DNA of 64,000 bases from contig JANNXY010000042.1 of assembly GCA_031409775.1 (NCBI GenBank), forward strand, positions 165 through 64,164, given 5' to 3'. The notes under the pieces are model-generated. The model did no database searches. It was not told the DNA's origin and saw only the letters and a list, made by a program, of their open reading frames with translations. Shown here piece by piece: positions 28,444-39,398 of the stretch. The stretch comes from a bacterium (GTDB lineage: Bacteria > Patescibacteriota > Minisyncoccia > Phycocordibacterales > CAIZIN01). Position 1 is the first letter of the stretch; each line of letters starts with the position of its first letter. A program made the position numbers and the translations under genes.

Positions 28444-30024
28444 TTAAACCACTTCCTTAAATCTCTTGATTAGAAATTCGCGGTCGAGGACAGAGAGGAA
28501 CCAGCCGGCCTTGGGACCAGAAGATTTTCCTAGAATGGAGAGGTAGATCGCGGAGAAGAATTCTTTGGGTTCGATTTGAAGACTTTCTTTGATCTCATGA
28601 AGCTTGGTGTGGAATGCCTGGCCTTCGATAGACTGATTCGCCTCGATGAATTCTACGAGCAGAGTAAGTGCCTGTTTCTGGATATCAGAGAAGTTCTTTG
28701 CACTTTCTGGTACTTCCTTTTTAATTTCGAATTTATATTCCTCGGGAGCGAATTCTGCAATCCATTTCTGTACATATGTGATACGGTGAAGCAATTCTTT
28801 CTTGTCTTCGTCGGTGAGAGTAATTTCTTGGAGTTTTTCAATTTCCTTTACTGGATCCAAATGCGGCATCTGGGAAATGAATGCGACAGTTGAAAACCTC
28901 GGCAAATGCCTCTCGGTAATATTGCCCTGATCCTCTGGCTTATGCGATAGGTAAAAGGCGCGGGTGAAATCGTCTTTAACACCTCCGAAATACTTTTTCG
29001 CGTAAGTATCGTAGTTATCAAATAGAATTGGCACGGTATCTCCTGCCGGATCGAATTCGAGGACCTTCATTGGTTCTTTGTATATAAGTAAAAATCTAAA
29101 TAACTCTGCAGGGAGTAAATCTGCAATCTCTCGCGATGATGACCCAGCACCTTTGGAACTGGACATTTTCTTGCCACCGACTTGAAAGAATTCATAAGGA
29201 ATGTTAAATGGTGGCTCAACACCGAACACTTCGCGAGCGATGGTATCTGCGACTTCCCTTGCACCACCTTTGGTCGAGTGATCCTTGCCGCCTCCCTCTA
29301 CATGGACTCCGATTATCTTGAACTTGGCAGCCCATTCTACCTTCCACGGAAGCTTGGCACGACCATCAAACGGAGATATCCTGCCCTGCTTGCCACATCC
29401 CGTGGCCCATTTGACGAAGTCACCACATGTATACTCGACTGTCTCCCCGTCCCAGTTTCGAGCCTTGGTAGTCCCCACCTTGCCACACTGCTCACATACC
29501 ACAGAAAGCGCGAGCCAATCATCAGCACGAACTGAGCCAGAAATTCTCTTGTAAATTTCTCGGATCTTGTCTGCATTATCTAGAGCGAGCCTGATAGCTT
29601 CGTTATATTTACCAGACTTGTACAATTCACTAGATCGGTAGAATTCCGGATAGAATCCTGTATCAGTTATCACCTGCATGAACTCGCTCGCGAAATATTC
29701 TGCATAGTTGGTTGCTATCGCATCAGGAGACGGGACGTTGCACAGAGGCTTGCCCATGTGCTCTCTGAATTTATTTTCATCCAGATACACCGGCAATCCA
29801 TCCATCGGATCATAGTCGTTGATTTCGTAAAGGAATTTGTGAAAGATTCCTTTCTCCTTTAGCACCTCATCGATCATGCCATGTATTGCAACACCTCGCA
29901 TCGATCCTACATGTACGCGACCAGAGGCGGTCTTCTCGTCACGTATGACAAGAGGCTTGCCGCTCTTTATAACAGCGTCAAAATGCTTTTCTATTTCCGA
30001 TCCTATTCGGTCGGTCCAAAACAT
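28444..30024 (-). CDS. lysS: class I lysyl-tRNA synthetase
   Basis: ASGRVHVGS (HIGH), KLPWKVEWAAKF, GKDH, KMSSSKG, GPKAGWF. Confidence 0.95.
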   Translation of the reverse strand: MFWTDRIGSEIEKHFDAVIKSGKPLVIRDEKTASGRVHVGSMRGVAIHGMIDEVLKEKGIFHKFLYEINDYDPMDGLPVYLDENKFREHMGKPLCNVPSPDAIATNYAEYFASEFMQVITDTGFYPEFYRSSELYKSGKYNEAIRLALDNADKIREIYKRISGSVRADDWLALSVVCEQCGKVGTTKARNWDGETVEYTCGDFVKWATGCGKQGRISPFDGRAKLPWKVEWAAKFKIIGVHVEGGGKDHSTKGGAREVADTIAREVFGVEPPFNIPYEFFQVGGKKMSSSKGAGSSSREIADLLPAELFRFLLIYKEPMKVLEFDPAGDTVPILFDNYDTYAKKYFGGVKDDFTRAFYLSHKPEDQGNITERHLPRFSTVAFISQMPHLDPVKEIEKLQEITLTDEDKKELLHRITYVQKWIAEFAPEEYKFEIKKEVPESAKNFSDIQKQALTLLVEFIEANQSIEGQAFHTKLHEIKESLQIEPKEFFSAIYLSILGKSSGPKAGWFLSVLDREFLIKRFKEVV

Positions 30025-30034
30025 TTTTTTAACA

Positions 30035-30499
30035 TTAGGCTATATCGATAACTTTGTAATTTACTTCACCTTTGGGAGTATTGAATGTGAATGCTTCGCC
30101 TTTCTTTTTGCCCATGAGAGCTGCACCTAGAGGAGATACGTATGAGATCTTGCCTTCGGCGGTGTTGGTCTCCTCGGATCCGACGATTTTAAAAACTTTC
30201 TTTTCTTTGTCGCCTTCTTTCTGAGCTGTTACAGTAGAACCTATTTCTACTTTCTCGCTATGATGGAGGGCCATTATGACAGCGGATTTGAGTAGGTTCT
30301 CGAGCTTCATTATGCGCTCCTCTGTAGATGCCTGGAGCTCGCGAGCCTGTTGGTATTCGGCGTTCTCTGATAAATCCCCCAGGCTTTTGGCATATTCTAG
30401 GGATTCTGCGATTTCTTTGCGCTTGCTGGATTTGAGCACTTCTAGCTCCGCTCTTAGCTCTTCAAATTTTTCTTTTGTTAGGTATTCTTTATCGTTCAT
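30035..30499 (-). CDS. greA: transcription elongation factor GreA
   Basis: GDLSENAEY, ISYVSPLGAAL. Confidence 0.96.
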   Translation of the reverse strand: MNDKEYLTKEKFEELRAELEVLKSSKRKEIAESLEYAKSLGDLSENAEYQQARELQASTEERIMKLENLLKSAVIMALHHSEKVEIGSTVTAQKEGDKEKKVFKIVGSEETNTAEGKISYVSPLGAALMGKKKGEAFTFNTPKGEVNYKVIDIA

Positions 30500-30585
30500 G
30501 TTGTTTTATTAAATATAAAAATGTCTGGTTATTATACACGAAAATGAAGTTTTTACAAATTTGATGAGATTGACACAATCTAGTT

Positions 30586-32247
30586 TTAATTGTCAAAATA
30601 TTCTGGTGTATTTATATTCATCCAGTCTACGAGCTGGCGCATAACAAACACCGCTCCTACTGTGTTGGATCTAGGACCCTGCTCCATCATAACTACGAAT
30701 GCGTATTTGGGATTATCATACGGCCAGAAGCCTTCATTCCAAGAATTTACCTTGGCCTTGGTAGTTCCGAGCTCTGCTGTACCAGTCTTCCCCGCAATCT
30801 CTACATAAGGCACATTGAGAGCTTTGGCGGTACCGATGAGTGCTCCCTGCCTCATTCCTTCTCTTATAATCTTTAGGTTTCCTGGATTGACCCCTAGATC
30901 TGTAGAGCTAGCTACAGTACTACTAGCCACTCTAAGTATTGTAGGATCTATTAGCTTGCCACCGTTAGCTATCGCTGACACTGCCCTGAGTGCCTGCATA
31001 GGAGTCGCTTGGAATCCGTATTGTCCGATAGAGGTAAAGTAGGTATCCCCAAGTCTCCAGTCATCACCGTCAAAATGCTTTTTCTTCCATTCTGGATTCG
31101 GCACTGTTCCTGACTTGCCTTCGAAGAATCCCACAAGTGGCGAGCCGAACCCAAATAGTCTGTAATATTTGTCGAGTTTGGTAATCCCGAGGCCTTTGAT
31201 ATCTGCGAACCCTCCACCTATTTCATAGAAATACACATTGGATGACAATGCTATCGCTTTGCGCATATCCACTGGACCATGTGCTTTCCAATCATTGAAT
31301 GCTGTACTCTGTGATGGATTATACGGGTTTACTACTTCTATCTTGCCGGTACTAACTATTATTTTGTCCGGTGATATAGTTCCCTCCTCCAGTGCACCTA
31401 GTGCGACATATGGCTTCACGATTGACCCAGGTGTATACAACCCATGGTTAAGTCGACTCAGAAATAGGTTCCTGGGGTCATTGAAATACTCTTTTATCTT
31501 TGCACTATCACTACCCTCTGTCATCACTGACGAGCTGAATTCTGGATAACTAGTAAATGCCACGAGCTCTCCAGTATGGACATTCATAATAGCAGCTGCT
31601 CCACCAGAGAACCCGATATCATCTGACAATTTCTCCATATATTCATATAGCTTGGCCTGGATACGCGAATCCACAGATAGTTTAAGTGTTTCTCCATGCT
31701 CTGCTGGTTCTAGTACATTCTCGGATACTACTTTACCAAGTGCATCTGTCTCTGTGATCTTGATACCGTTTTTACCTTGGAGTATATAGTCATAATATTG
31801 CTCCGAACCAGTCTTACCTTTGAGCTCATGGTCAAAGTAGATGCCCTTCTTGTCCTTCTTGGGATAGCTTATATACCCGAGTAGCTGACTGAAGCCAGAT
31901 GTCGTAGTGTATACCCTGGTGTTAAACAGCTCGCCCTCACGCGGTGTGTTCCATGCGAGTAGCACATCATTGCGATCAACTATCGTACCTCTTTCGGCAA
32001 ATACAATATCGTTGTTGAGTCTGTTGTTCTCGCTAATTTTTGCATAGACTTCACCTTTACTTATCTGTAGTGCCCATGCTCTAGAAACGAAAAATAGTCC
32101 AAAAAAAAGAAAAAGTAACCCTATAAATAAAATGGTTCTACGAGGGATACTTTTCTCCATTCTACCCTCGAACTGGTTGTCATCGAACCTTGGTAGGTTG
32201 CGTGCATCCATAAATATTTCGTCTGGGAATACTTCGTGATTCTTCAT
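30586..32247 (-). CDS. mrdA: class B penicillin-binding protein 2 (elongation)
   Basis: PGSIVK, SSNVYFY, KTGTAE; downstream of mreBC. Confidence 0.9.
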   Translation of the reverse strand: MKNHEVFPDEIFMDARNLPRFDDNQFEGRMEKSIPRRTILFIGLLFLFFGLFFVSRAWALQISKGEVYAKISENNRLNNDIVFAERGTIVDRNDVLLAWNTPREGELFNTRVYTTTSGFSQLLGYISYPKKDKKGIYFDHELKGKTGSEQYYDYILQGKNGIKITETDALGKVVSENVLEPAEHGETLKLSVDSRIQAKLYEYMEKLSDDIGFSGGAAAIMNVHTGELVAFTSYPEFSSSVMTEGSDSAKIKEYFNDPRNLFLSRLNHGLYTPGSIVKPYVALGALEEGTISPDKIIVSTGKIEVVNPYNPSQSTAFNDWKAHGPVDMRKAIALSSNVYFYEIGGGFADIKGLGITKLDKYYRLFGFGSPLVGFFEGKSGTVPNPEWKKKHFDGDDWRLGDTYFTSIGQYGFQATPMQALRAVSAIANGGKLIDPTILRVASSTVASSTDLGVNPGNLKIIREGMRQGALIGTAKALNVPYVEIAGKTGTAELGTTKAKVNSWNEGFWPYDNPKYAFVVMMEQGPRSNTVGAVFVMRQLVDWMNINTPEYFDN

Positions 32248-32522
32248 TACCTTCTCATTTTATCCTTTATTATTGATATAGCAAAATACGTGATTATGAA
32301 GCCTAGATACCATAACAAATGAATCTTTTCGAGCCTACCAAATGAGTTGATAGATACAAATAGTGCAAACAGCATCAGTCCCTCGATCCAAGCATCGATC
32401 AGGATGAGGCCTACGGCAATCAGGGTGAGTGGGAACACCCACGGCAGAAGCAGTATAGATAATATGATTGCGATATCAAATGTTATCCGTGATAATTTCT
32501 GCATTATTTTAATATTACCCAT
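32247..32522 (-). CDS. small membrane protein in the mreD position
   Basis: hydrophobic 91 aa between mreC and mrdA. Confidence 0.55.
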   Translation of the reverse strand: MGNIKIMQKLSRITFDIAIILSILLLPWVFPLTLIAVGLILIDAWIEGLMLFALFVSINSFGRLEKIHLLWYLGFIITYFAISIIKDKMRR

Positions 32523-33205
32523 TTGATAGAAGAGGTAGTTTCAGGTAAACTAACATATATCTTCTGTAATGTAGCCTCACCTTCGGCTTCAACTGATTCG
32601 ACGATTCCTATTATGTATAACTCTCTCTCCCTACTATATACAGTGTCACCGACTTTTACATTTATATCGCGTGGTAAATCTGCAACGAATTTACCATTAC
32701 CTTGGCCTTTGAGAAATACTTCTGAACCATTTATATCTGCGTGTGTAGTAATATCCGGTGAAGTAATCATGGTGACTATAGAGAAATCTCTGAACACTTC
32801 TGTCACATTACCGACAAACATTTCTGCTTTGTAAGCTTGGTTCCCTACCACAACACCGTGCATATCACCACGATCTATCACGAGCTTGTCATACATTGTA
32901 AATGGAGGTCTACGAGTTATCTTGCTAAGGATTCCAGTACTAGTCGGTGCTGTTTCTAGCTGTGCTATAGAATCATATTGCTCTGACTTGACCAGTAGAC
33001 TTCGCAGTGTAAGCCCTGTGTCGCCATTATTTGTTTTACCAAATAAATTCGACTCAGTGAACCAGACAGGGTTTATAGTGCTGATTATGGCTGGTGCTAG
33101 TATGTAGAGTAGTGCGATCACACATATCACCAGTGTCACAACGACAGCTTTGGAAGTGATAGATTGAGTATTTCTTTTCTTATTGAATCCTGACTGGTAA
33201 TTCAT
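32504..33205 (-). CDS. mreC: rod shape-determining protein MreC
   Basis: TM, RPP...YD.LVIDRG..HGV, VG.V.EV....S.V, G.G.G; directly after mreB. Confidence 0.82.
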   Translation of the reverse strand: MNYQSGFNKKRNTQSITSKAVVVTLVICVIALLYILAPAIISTINPVWFTESNLFGKTNNGDTGLTLRSLLVKSEQYDSIAQLETAPTSTGILSKITRRPPFTMYDKLVIDRGDMHGVVVGNQAYKAEMFVGNVTEVFRDFSIVTMITSPDITTHADINGSEVFLKGQGNGKFVADLPRDINVKVGDTVYSRERELYIIGIVESVEAEGEATLQKIYVSLPETTSSIKWVILK

Positions 33206-34247
33206 CTTCGTTTTGAATTAGAACGTCTTTGTAATCTTCTAGGTTCTCTAGGATTATACCCGTACCCCTAGCCACTGCAGTGAGTGGGTCCTCGGCAATA
33301 AATACTGGAATCTGGAGATGCTCATGCAGGAGCTCGTCTAGACCCTTGATAAGTGCTCCTCCACCTGTGAGGTGCACACCCCGATACATTATATCTGATA
33401 AGATCTCTGGTGGCGTGTTCTCTAGCACCTCCTTGGCTGCTTCTACCAGGGTATCTATCGACTGGCCCATCGCCTCTCGTATGTCTGCATCGGTTATCAC
33501 AACCTCTTTGGGTAGACCGGTGACCAGATCCCGACCCCGTACAGCGATCTCTAGTGTATCTGACTTGGGTATTACTCTGCCTATTCCCATCTTTATCCTC
33601 TCTGCAGTTCTCTCGCCCATGAGTATCTTTAGTTCATTTCTAATATAAGAAATAATATCACTGTTGAATTTGTCCCCTGCGATTTTTAGGTTTTTTGATC
33701 TTACAATTCCACCTAGCGAAATTACTGCTATGTCAGTTGTACCTCCACCGATGTCTATCACCATGTTACCCACAGGTTCTTTGACAGGGAGTCTGATACC
33801 TATCGCAGCTGCCATAGGCTCCTCTACGATATGTACTTCGCGCGCGCCGGCTGACCGCGTAGCGTCACGCACGGCGCGCGTCTCTACGTTGGTGACACCA
33901 GACGGAACACCTACTACAACGCGTGGTCCGAACAATTTCTTCTGACCTTCTTGGACCTTGTTGAGTAGATAAGACATCATTTCCTCTGTTATCTCGTAGT
34001 CAGATATCACTCCGTCGATGAGCGGGTGTACTGCTGTGATGTGTCCCGGGGTTCTACCCAGCATCATCTTGGCTTCCATACCTACAGCGACAACTCGGCC
34101 TGTTTTCTGATTTATCGCCACGACAGATGGCTCGTTGATCACCACTCCTTTGCCGGGAATATAAACCAGAGTGTTCGCTGTACCGAGATCGATTCCGATG
34201 TCGTTGGAGAATTTGGCGTAGAATTTTTCGAAAAAGTTAGAGAACAT
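33180..34247 (-). CDS. mreB: rod shape-determining protein MreB
   Basis: IDLGTAN, EPMAAAIG, DIGGGTT, TGGGAL. Confidence 0.96.
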   Translation of the reverse strand: MFSNFFEKFYAKFSNDIGIDLGTANTLVYIPGKGVVINEPSVVAINQKTGRVVAVGMEAKMMLGRTPGHITAVHPLIDGVISDYEITEEMMSYLLNKVQEGQKKLFGPRVVVGVPSGVTNVETRAVRDATRSAGAREVHIVEEPMAAAIGIRLPVKEPVGNMVIDIGGGTTDIAVISLGGIVRSKNLKIAGDKFNSDIISYIRNELKILMGERTAERIKMGIGRVIPKSDTLEIAVRGRDLVTGLPKEVVITDADIREAMGQSIDTLVEAAKEVLENTPPEILSDIMYRGVHLTGGGALIKGLDELLHEHLQIPVFIAEDPLTAVARGTGIILENLEDYKDVLIQNEDELPVRIQ

Positions 34248-34248
34248 A

Positions 34249-35490
34249 TTATGATAGCCATTCGATTATTTCTGTCATAGATTTGACCACGGTCTTGCCT
34301 GTCTGGCGATTCTTTACCTCTACTGCATCCTGATGCGACTTCTTGCCAACTATTATCTGATACGGGATACCGATGAGGTCTGCATCAGCGAATTTCTCCC
34401 CCGCTCTCACGCCCTCGCGGTCGTCATAAAGCACTGCACCATCGAGCTCTTTGTAAATATCATCTGCCAAGGACTTAACAGTTTGCTCCTCTGGTGACAG
34501 ACAGAGCAGATGTGCTCTAAATGGAGCGACAGATTCTGGCCAGACAATACCTTTTTCGTCTGACAGAACTTCGACAATAGTACCCATGAGTCTAGTAATA
34601 CCGATGCCATATGAACCCATGATCACTGGTATCTGCTCACCTTTCTCGTCTTTGTAATTTAAATCTAGCTTGTCAGAAAACTTTGTACCTAGGTTAAATA
34701 TATTTCCAACTTCGATAGATTTCTTCTCTATCAATTTGCTAGTATCGATCCCGAGCTTCTCGCCAATACCTGACTCCATAACTTCTTGGTTTATAGAGAT
34801 TCCTTTCTCTGTATCTACAAACACTGTGTCTTCTCCTGCATCAGAAATAGTCTGGAACTCATCAGAGAATTCGCTAAATATTCCACCAGAGGCAAATGTT
34901 TTCATAGTGATGCCACCTAACCCAGCTCTCGCAAATACTTTCATATACGCTTCGCTTGCTTTCTCATAAAACTCTGCATGTTCGGTATCTGTTCTGGAGA
35001 ATGAATATAGATCCTTCATCAAGAATTCTTTGCCGCGCATGATGCCGGATTTGGCTCGCAATTCATTGCGAAATTTGGTTTGGAATTGGTAAGCGTATTT
35101 AGGCAGGTCTCGATACGACTGGATATACTCAGCCATGATCGCTGTGAGTGGCTCCTCGTGGGTGATACCAAGCCCTGTCTCACCACCGGATTTGAACTCA
35201 GTCTTGAACCAATTATCGACAACAGCGTCATTCCACCTGCCGGTGCGCTCCCAAGTTTCTTTGTTCTGAAGTGCTGTGAGTGATATCTCCTGTCCACCGA
35301 TATTGTTCATTTCTTCTCTCACAATATTTTTCAAATTATCTATTACCTTTAATCCTAATGGCAAATACGAATAAACTCCGGCCATTTCCTTGTGCACATA
35401 GCCTGCACGTATGAGTAATTGCGCGTTCTTTGAAACTTCATCGGCTGGAGCCTCCTTCCTGGTCTTTGTAAATAGTTGTGATTGCTTCAT
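34249..35490 (-). CDS. proS: prolyl-tRNA synthetase (short form without INS editing domain)
   Basis: LLIRAGYV, GITHEE, KFRNELR..SGIMRGKEF.MKD.YSF, MGSYGIG, anticodon-binding domain. Confidence 0.95.
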   Translation of the reverse strand: MKQSQLFTKTRKEAPADEVSKNAQLLIRAGYVHKEMAGVYSYLPLGLKVIDNLKNIVREEMNNIGGQEISLTALQNKETWERTGRWNDAVVDNWFKTEFKSGGETGLGITHEEPLTAIMAEYIQSYRDLPKYAYQFQTKFRNELRAKSGIMRGKEFLMKDLYSFSRTDTEHAEFYEKASEAYMKVFARAGLGGITMKTFASGGIFSEFSDEFQTISDAGEDTVFVDTEKGISINQEVMESGIGEKLGIDTSKLIEKKSIEVGNIFNLGTKFSDKLDLNYKDEKGEQIPVIMGSYGIGITRLMGTIVEVLSDEKGIVWPESVAPFRAHLLCLSPEEQTVKSLADDIYKELDGAVLYDDREGVRAGEKFADADLIGIPYQIIVGKKSHQDAVEVKNRQTGKTVVKSMTEIIEWLS

Positions 35491-35568
35491 GCATGTATTC
35501 TACTTGAAATTACCATATCCTCCAAACCCTTGACACTTCCGTTGTTTATTTATAATATAATTTTCAGT

Positions 35569-35868
35569 ATGTCTATCCTACAACTTGTTCTTTTCCTTTT
35601 AGCTATCATCGGCTTTTCATTTGGATTTATCTTCTTGATTGGTGCATTAATTGATGGAGCAATATTTCCACTTTGTATCCCTAGTTGGTTATTTGGAATT
35701 TCCTTCTGGGAATTCTTGTGGTCTACAAAAGACCCTGAACCCACTACACACATACTCATTGGATCAGTCCTGTTTGTATTATTTTTATTCGGACTTTTCA
35801 CCTGTATATTCATTTACAACCAAGAGCGAATAAAAAATTTTCTGAGTGAACAGTTTGATTCATGGTAA
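35569..35868 (+). CDS. orphan membrane protein (99 aa, 3 TM)
   Basis: ATG 35569; TTGACA at 35530 and TATAAT boxes upstream; hairpin CGCGAAT..ATTCGTG plus T-run downstream. Confidence 0.6.
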   Translation: MSILQLVLFLLAIIGFSFGFIFLIGALIDGAIFPLCIPSWLFGISFWEFLWSTKDPEPTTHILIGSVLFVLFLFGLFTCIFIYNQERIKNFLSEQFDSW

Positions 35869-35932
35869 GATCTGCTGCACAATCGCGAATTAATTCGTGG
35901 TTTTTTTATTTCAACAACCTCGCTACATCATC

Positions 35933-37063
35933 CTATTTATTAAACATTGCAACATATTGGTACAATTCAAAAGATCGGTTTCTTGAAAAACCCGTTTTTT
36001 CTTTTAAGATCCCTTTTTCAACAAATTCCTCAATAAGTCGATTTGCTGTTATAAACACAACACCTAGTTCATGCGCTATCTGATTCACACCCATTATTGG
36101 CTGTGAAAAAAGTCTAAGTAATAATTTTTGTCCCAGTGGAGCACGCCTGCCCATTGTCATTATTTTTTTCTCATATTCTTGTCGTAGAGTTACTATATTT
36201 TCCAAAGTCTCTTTGCCTTTCGTTGCAGTACTGATAACCCCAGATAGAAAAAACTTTATCCATTGCTCTACACTATTTGATGAACGTACTAGAGTCAATG
36301 AGTCATAATATGAACCCTTATTTTTTGCAAAAAAGTCAGAGAGATAAAGCGTTGGACGTTGTAATACCCCACCTTCTACTAATTGAAGTGTGACCAACAA
36401 TCGTCCAATTCTCCCGTTACCATCCAAGAAAGGATGGATGGTTTCAAACTGATAGTGACTTATAGCCATTTTTAATAATATTGGTATTTCTAGTTGCTTG
36501 TTATGCCAAAATTTTTGCAGATCGGAAAGCAATTCTTCCACTTCAGTGGGGTGCGGTGGGATAAAGAAGGCATCTTTCAGACTCGATCCTCCAATCCAAT
36601 TTTGACTTTTTCTAATTTCGCCAGGGGTTCTGTGTTCACCGCGAACACCGGATAAAAGAATTTTGTGAGCAGATTTCAACAATCTCATAGACAAAGGTAG
36701 ATTCTCGAGTTCTTTTATCGAATGGTTTATTGCTTGGATATAGTTTTGCACCTCTCTCCAGTCATCTCTACGCTCTGGTTCAATATCTTCTTTCGGGGAG
36801 AGTATTTCATCTATCCCAGTCTTAGTTCCTTCAATACGACTAGATGTTATTGCCTCTTTGGCAATATGCATCTTGATAAAATAGTCCACATCAGGAACGA
36901 GTGTTGAGTAAGCATTGAGTTCACCTAAAAGCCTCATTGCCTCGGAAAGCAAAATATCAATCTTTTTATCTTCCCATTCAAATGGTTTATTAATCAGAAA
37001 AGGACTAAAGCACTTATATTCCAACTGCTGCTTATATATACCCGCTTTAAATGTTTGCTTCAT
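35933..37063 (-). CDS. Fic-family protein (Fic_N + Fic + C-terminal HTH)
   Basis: canonical [12 protein letters not shown]; [11 protein letters not shown]. Confidence 0.93.
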   Translation of the reverse strand: MKQTFKAGIYKQQLEYKCFSPFLINKPFEWEDKKIDILLSEAMRLLGELNAYSTLVPDVDYFIKMHIAKEAITSSRIEGTKTGIDEILSPKEDIEPERRDDWREVQNYIQAINHSIKELENLPLSMRLLKSAHKILLSGVRGEHRTPGEIRKSQNWIGGSSLKDAFFIPPHPTEVEELLSDLQKFWHNKQLEIPILLKMAISHYQFETIHPFLDGNGRIGRLLVTLQLVEGGVLQRPTLYLSDFFAKNKGSYYDSLTLVRSSNSVEQWIKFFLSGVISTATKGKETLENIVTLRQEYEKKIMTMGRRAPLGQKLLLRLFSQPIMGVNQIAHELGVVFITANRLIEEFVEKGILKEKTGFSRNRSFELYQYVAMFNK

Positions 37064-37119
37064 ATGTGTAATTATAGTTTTTTATATTTACACTTTAGCA
37101 TATATATGTAAATAAGCAA

Positions 37120-38217
37120 CTACTTTAGGAGTCTTGCCACATCTCCCCAAGTGATCACGAGCATGAGCGTTATAAGTAGGAGAAAGCCGATGCCGTTTAT
37201 GTAGCCTTGGATCCGTGCAGGAACTTTGCGCCTGGATACTGCTTCTATAAGCACTACGAAGAGTCTACCGCCATCGAGCGCTGGAAATGGTACAAGGTTT
37301 ATCACTGCAAGGTTGATAGATATAAGCGCTGTAAACCCGAGTAGGTAGAGTACACCAAACTGTGACGCATCCCCTACCATCCCGACAATTCCTACTGGAC
37401 CTGTGACAGAGTCGAGACTCGCCTGTCCACGAAAGCTCTGTAAGACGAGTTTACCGAGCCCAACAAATGTATCGCGGAATATTTGCAACGTCATCTTGCC
37501 ACCCTCAAATATCGCCTGGAAGAATGGATATCGTATAACCCCCACCGTACTCATGCTGATACCGATTGCTGGTGAACCCTCTACAATACCTGCTACTGGC
37601 ACTACTTCTACAGTACGGACATCACCACCTTTCTCTAGCTCTAGAGTGACTGGAGTATCTATCCACGCAGACTTGATCACGTTCTTTACGTCTTCTACAT
37701 TACGAGGTTCTACTAATGTGGTAGTGTTGCGCGCACGCAGTATCACATCACCGGACTTGATCATAGCTAGATCTGCTGGACTGCCTGGCGAGACCTGTAG
37801 GATCATGACCTGCGGATCCTGCACAGGAACAGTAGACATGTCATCGAGTGCTGTCGGATAGCCGAACATGAACGCTACTGCAACGAGCATCCAAGCAAAG
37901 ATGATGTTGAAAGTTACGCCTGCAATGAGCACAGCGGCCTGCACATACCATGGCTTGTGGGACATGTTGCGGGAACGGTCATGGTCGTCTTTGTTATCTA
38001 GGTCTGGATTCTCGCCATGGATGCGGACAAATCCACCAAATGGAACTATATTGAGTGAATACACAGTCTCGCCACGCTTCCAGGAGAATAGCTTCGGTGG
38101 GAATCCTAGTGCGAATTCTGTGACTTTGATTTTGAAAAACTTGGCAACAGAGAAATGCCCTAGCTCATGAACAAACACCAACACCAACAGTATGATTATA
38201 AATAGTAATATAGACAT
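37120..38217 (-). CDS. rseP: RIP metalloprotease RseP (M50, PDZ)
   Basis: HELGH, GGFVRI.GE, NLVPFPALDGG. Confidence 0.94.
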   Translation of the reverse strand: MSILLFIIILLVLVFVHELGHFSVAKFFKIKVTEFALGFPPKLFSWKRGETVYSLNIVPFGGFVRIHGENPDLDNKDDHDRSRNMSHKPWYVQAAVLIAGVTFNIIFAWMLVAVAFMFGYPTALDDMSTVPVQDPQVMILQVSPGSPADLAMIKSGDVILRARNTTTLVEPRNVEDVKNVIKSAWIDTPVTLELEKGGDVRTVEVVPVAGIVEGSPAIGISMSTVGVIRYPFFQAIFEGGKMTLQIFRDTFVGLGKLVLQSFRGQASLDSVTGPVGIVGMVGDASQFGVLYLLGFTALISINLAVINLVPFPALDGGRLFVVLIEAVSRRKVPARIQGYINGIGFLLLITLMLVITWGDVARLLK

Positions 38218-38218
38218 A

Positions 38219-38770
38219 TTAGTTCATTATTTCTTTCTCTTTCTTGTCGAAGTGCGTATCGAACGTAGAATTCGATTCTGTAACGAGCTTGTCTACTTCT
38301 GTCTTGTGTCTCATCGCTTCGTCTTCACTAATTTCGCTATCTTTTTTCTTGGTATCTATCAATGCGTTAATTTTATTGCGTTCCTGACGTAACTCGACAC
38401 GGGCTTCTTCGAGCTTTTCTTTGACTATCTTTACGAGTGCACTCCTGCGGTCACCTGTGAGCTCTGGGAAGAATAGTCGTAGACCTTTCTCATCTATTGC
38501 AGTCGATAATCCCAAGTTGGATACAGATATGGCCTTTTCGATAGATTTCACCAGTGTCATGTCCCATGGTGTTATACGGATGGTTTTGGGATCTTCGACT
38601 GACAGGTTGGCTACCTGGTTAATAGGCATCATGGATCCGTATGCTTCGACAGAAATATTGTCGAGTATCGCGCTTGTAGCACGACCTGTTCTGATACCAG
38701 AAAGCTCTTTGGAGAGCCAGTCAGCTATCTCTGCGATACGCTTTTTAAAAGATGAAAATTCGTTTATCAT
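38219..38770 (-). CDS. frr: ribosome recycling factor
   Basis: IRTGRA, EAYGS..PINQVA, PELT.DRR, KKEKEIM. Confidence 0.96.
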   Translation of the reverse strand: MINEFSSFKKRIAEIADWLSKELSGIRTGRATSAILDNISVEAYGSMMPINQVANLSVEDPKTIRITPWDMTLVKSIEKAISVSNLGLSTAIDEKGLRLFFPELTGDRRSALVKIVKEKLEEARVELRQERNKINALIDTKKKDSEISEDEAMRHKTEVDKLVTESNSTFDTHFDKKEKEIMN

Positions 38771-38793
38771 ATAATTAGTATAAAGTATTGAGG

Positions 38794-39387
38794 CTAAAAA
38801 GCCAGTGCCGCTGCGGACTCAAGTATCTGCTTTACCGATGAGCTCTGGTCGAGCAGGTACGATCGCATCTCTAGAATCATCCTCTGGTTCCTAATAGGTT
38901 TGTTGGTGTTACGCATAGCTGTGATTATCTGGTCCAATAAATCAACTGCACGGTCCTTGCCAAATTTCTCTGATTTGATTCCTTCGACTATTTTACTACT
39001 TTCTAGCAATAGCTCTTTTACGCTCAGTTTTATATCATTTATTTTATTACTTACTTTCGAATCAAATTTGGATTCCAGTCGCGATCTAAGAGTTGGTAGA
39101 ATACGTTCAGGGAATTGAGTAACGAAGAAAAAAACAGTATCTCGCGGCGGTTCCTCTACTACTTTGAGCAATGTGTTCTGTGCTTCTGCGTTCATGGTTA
39201 TAAACTCGAGCATCACTATCCTTTTCTTGTTTCCAAATGTGTGTCTAGATAAAGCATCTTTGACTTCGCGAGCTGTATCTATCTTGAAGTTGGTTTCTCT
39301 GTATACAAGCAACTCTAAATTACCTTTATCCTCTTTCGATAAAATCCCTTCTGCTATTTCTTTGGTCAAGAGGTATGCGTGATGCAT
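38794..39387 (-). CDS. holB: DNA polymerase III delta-prime-like subunit (divergent), in frame with the upstream DUF559 ORF
   Basis: MHHAYL start; EAQNTLLKVVEEPP and ILPTLRSR motifs; TAAAAT 7 nt upstream of ATG 39387. Confidence 0.75.
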   Translation of the reverse strand: MHHAYLLTKEIAEGILSKEDKGNLELLVYRETNFKIDTAREVKDALSRHTFGNKKRIVMLEFITMNAEAQNTLLKVVEEPPRDTVFFFVTQFPERILPTLRSRLESKFDSKVSNKINDIKLSVKELLLESSKIVEGIKSEKFGKDRAVDLLDQIITAMRNTNKPIRNQRMILEMRSYLLDQSSSVKQILESAAALAF

Positions 39388-39398
39388 CGGGGGTATTT

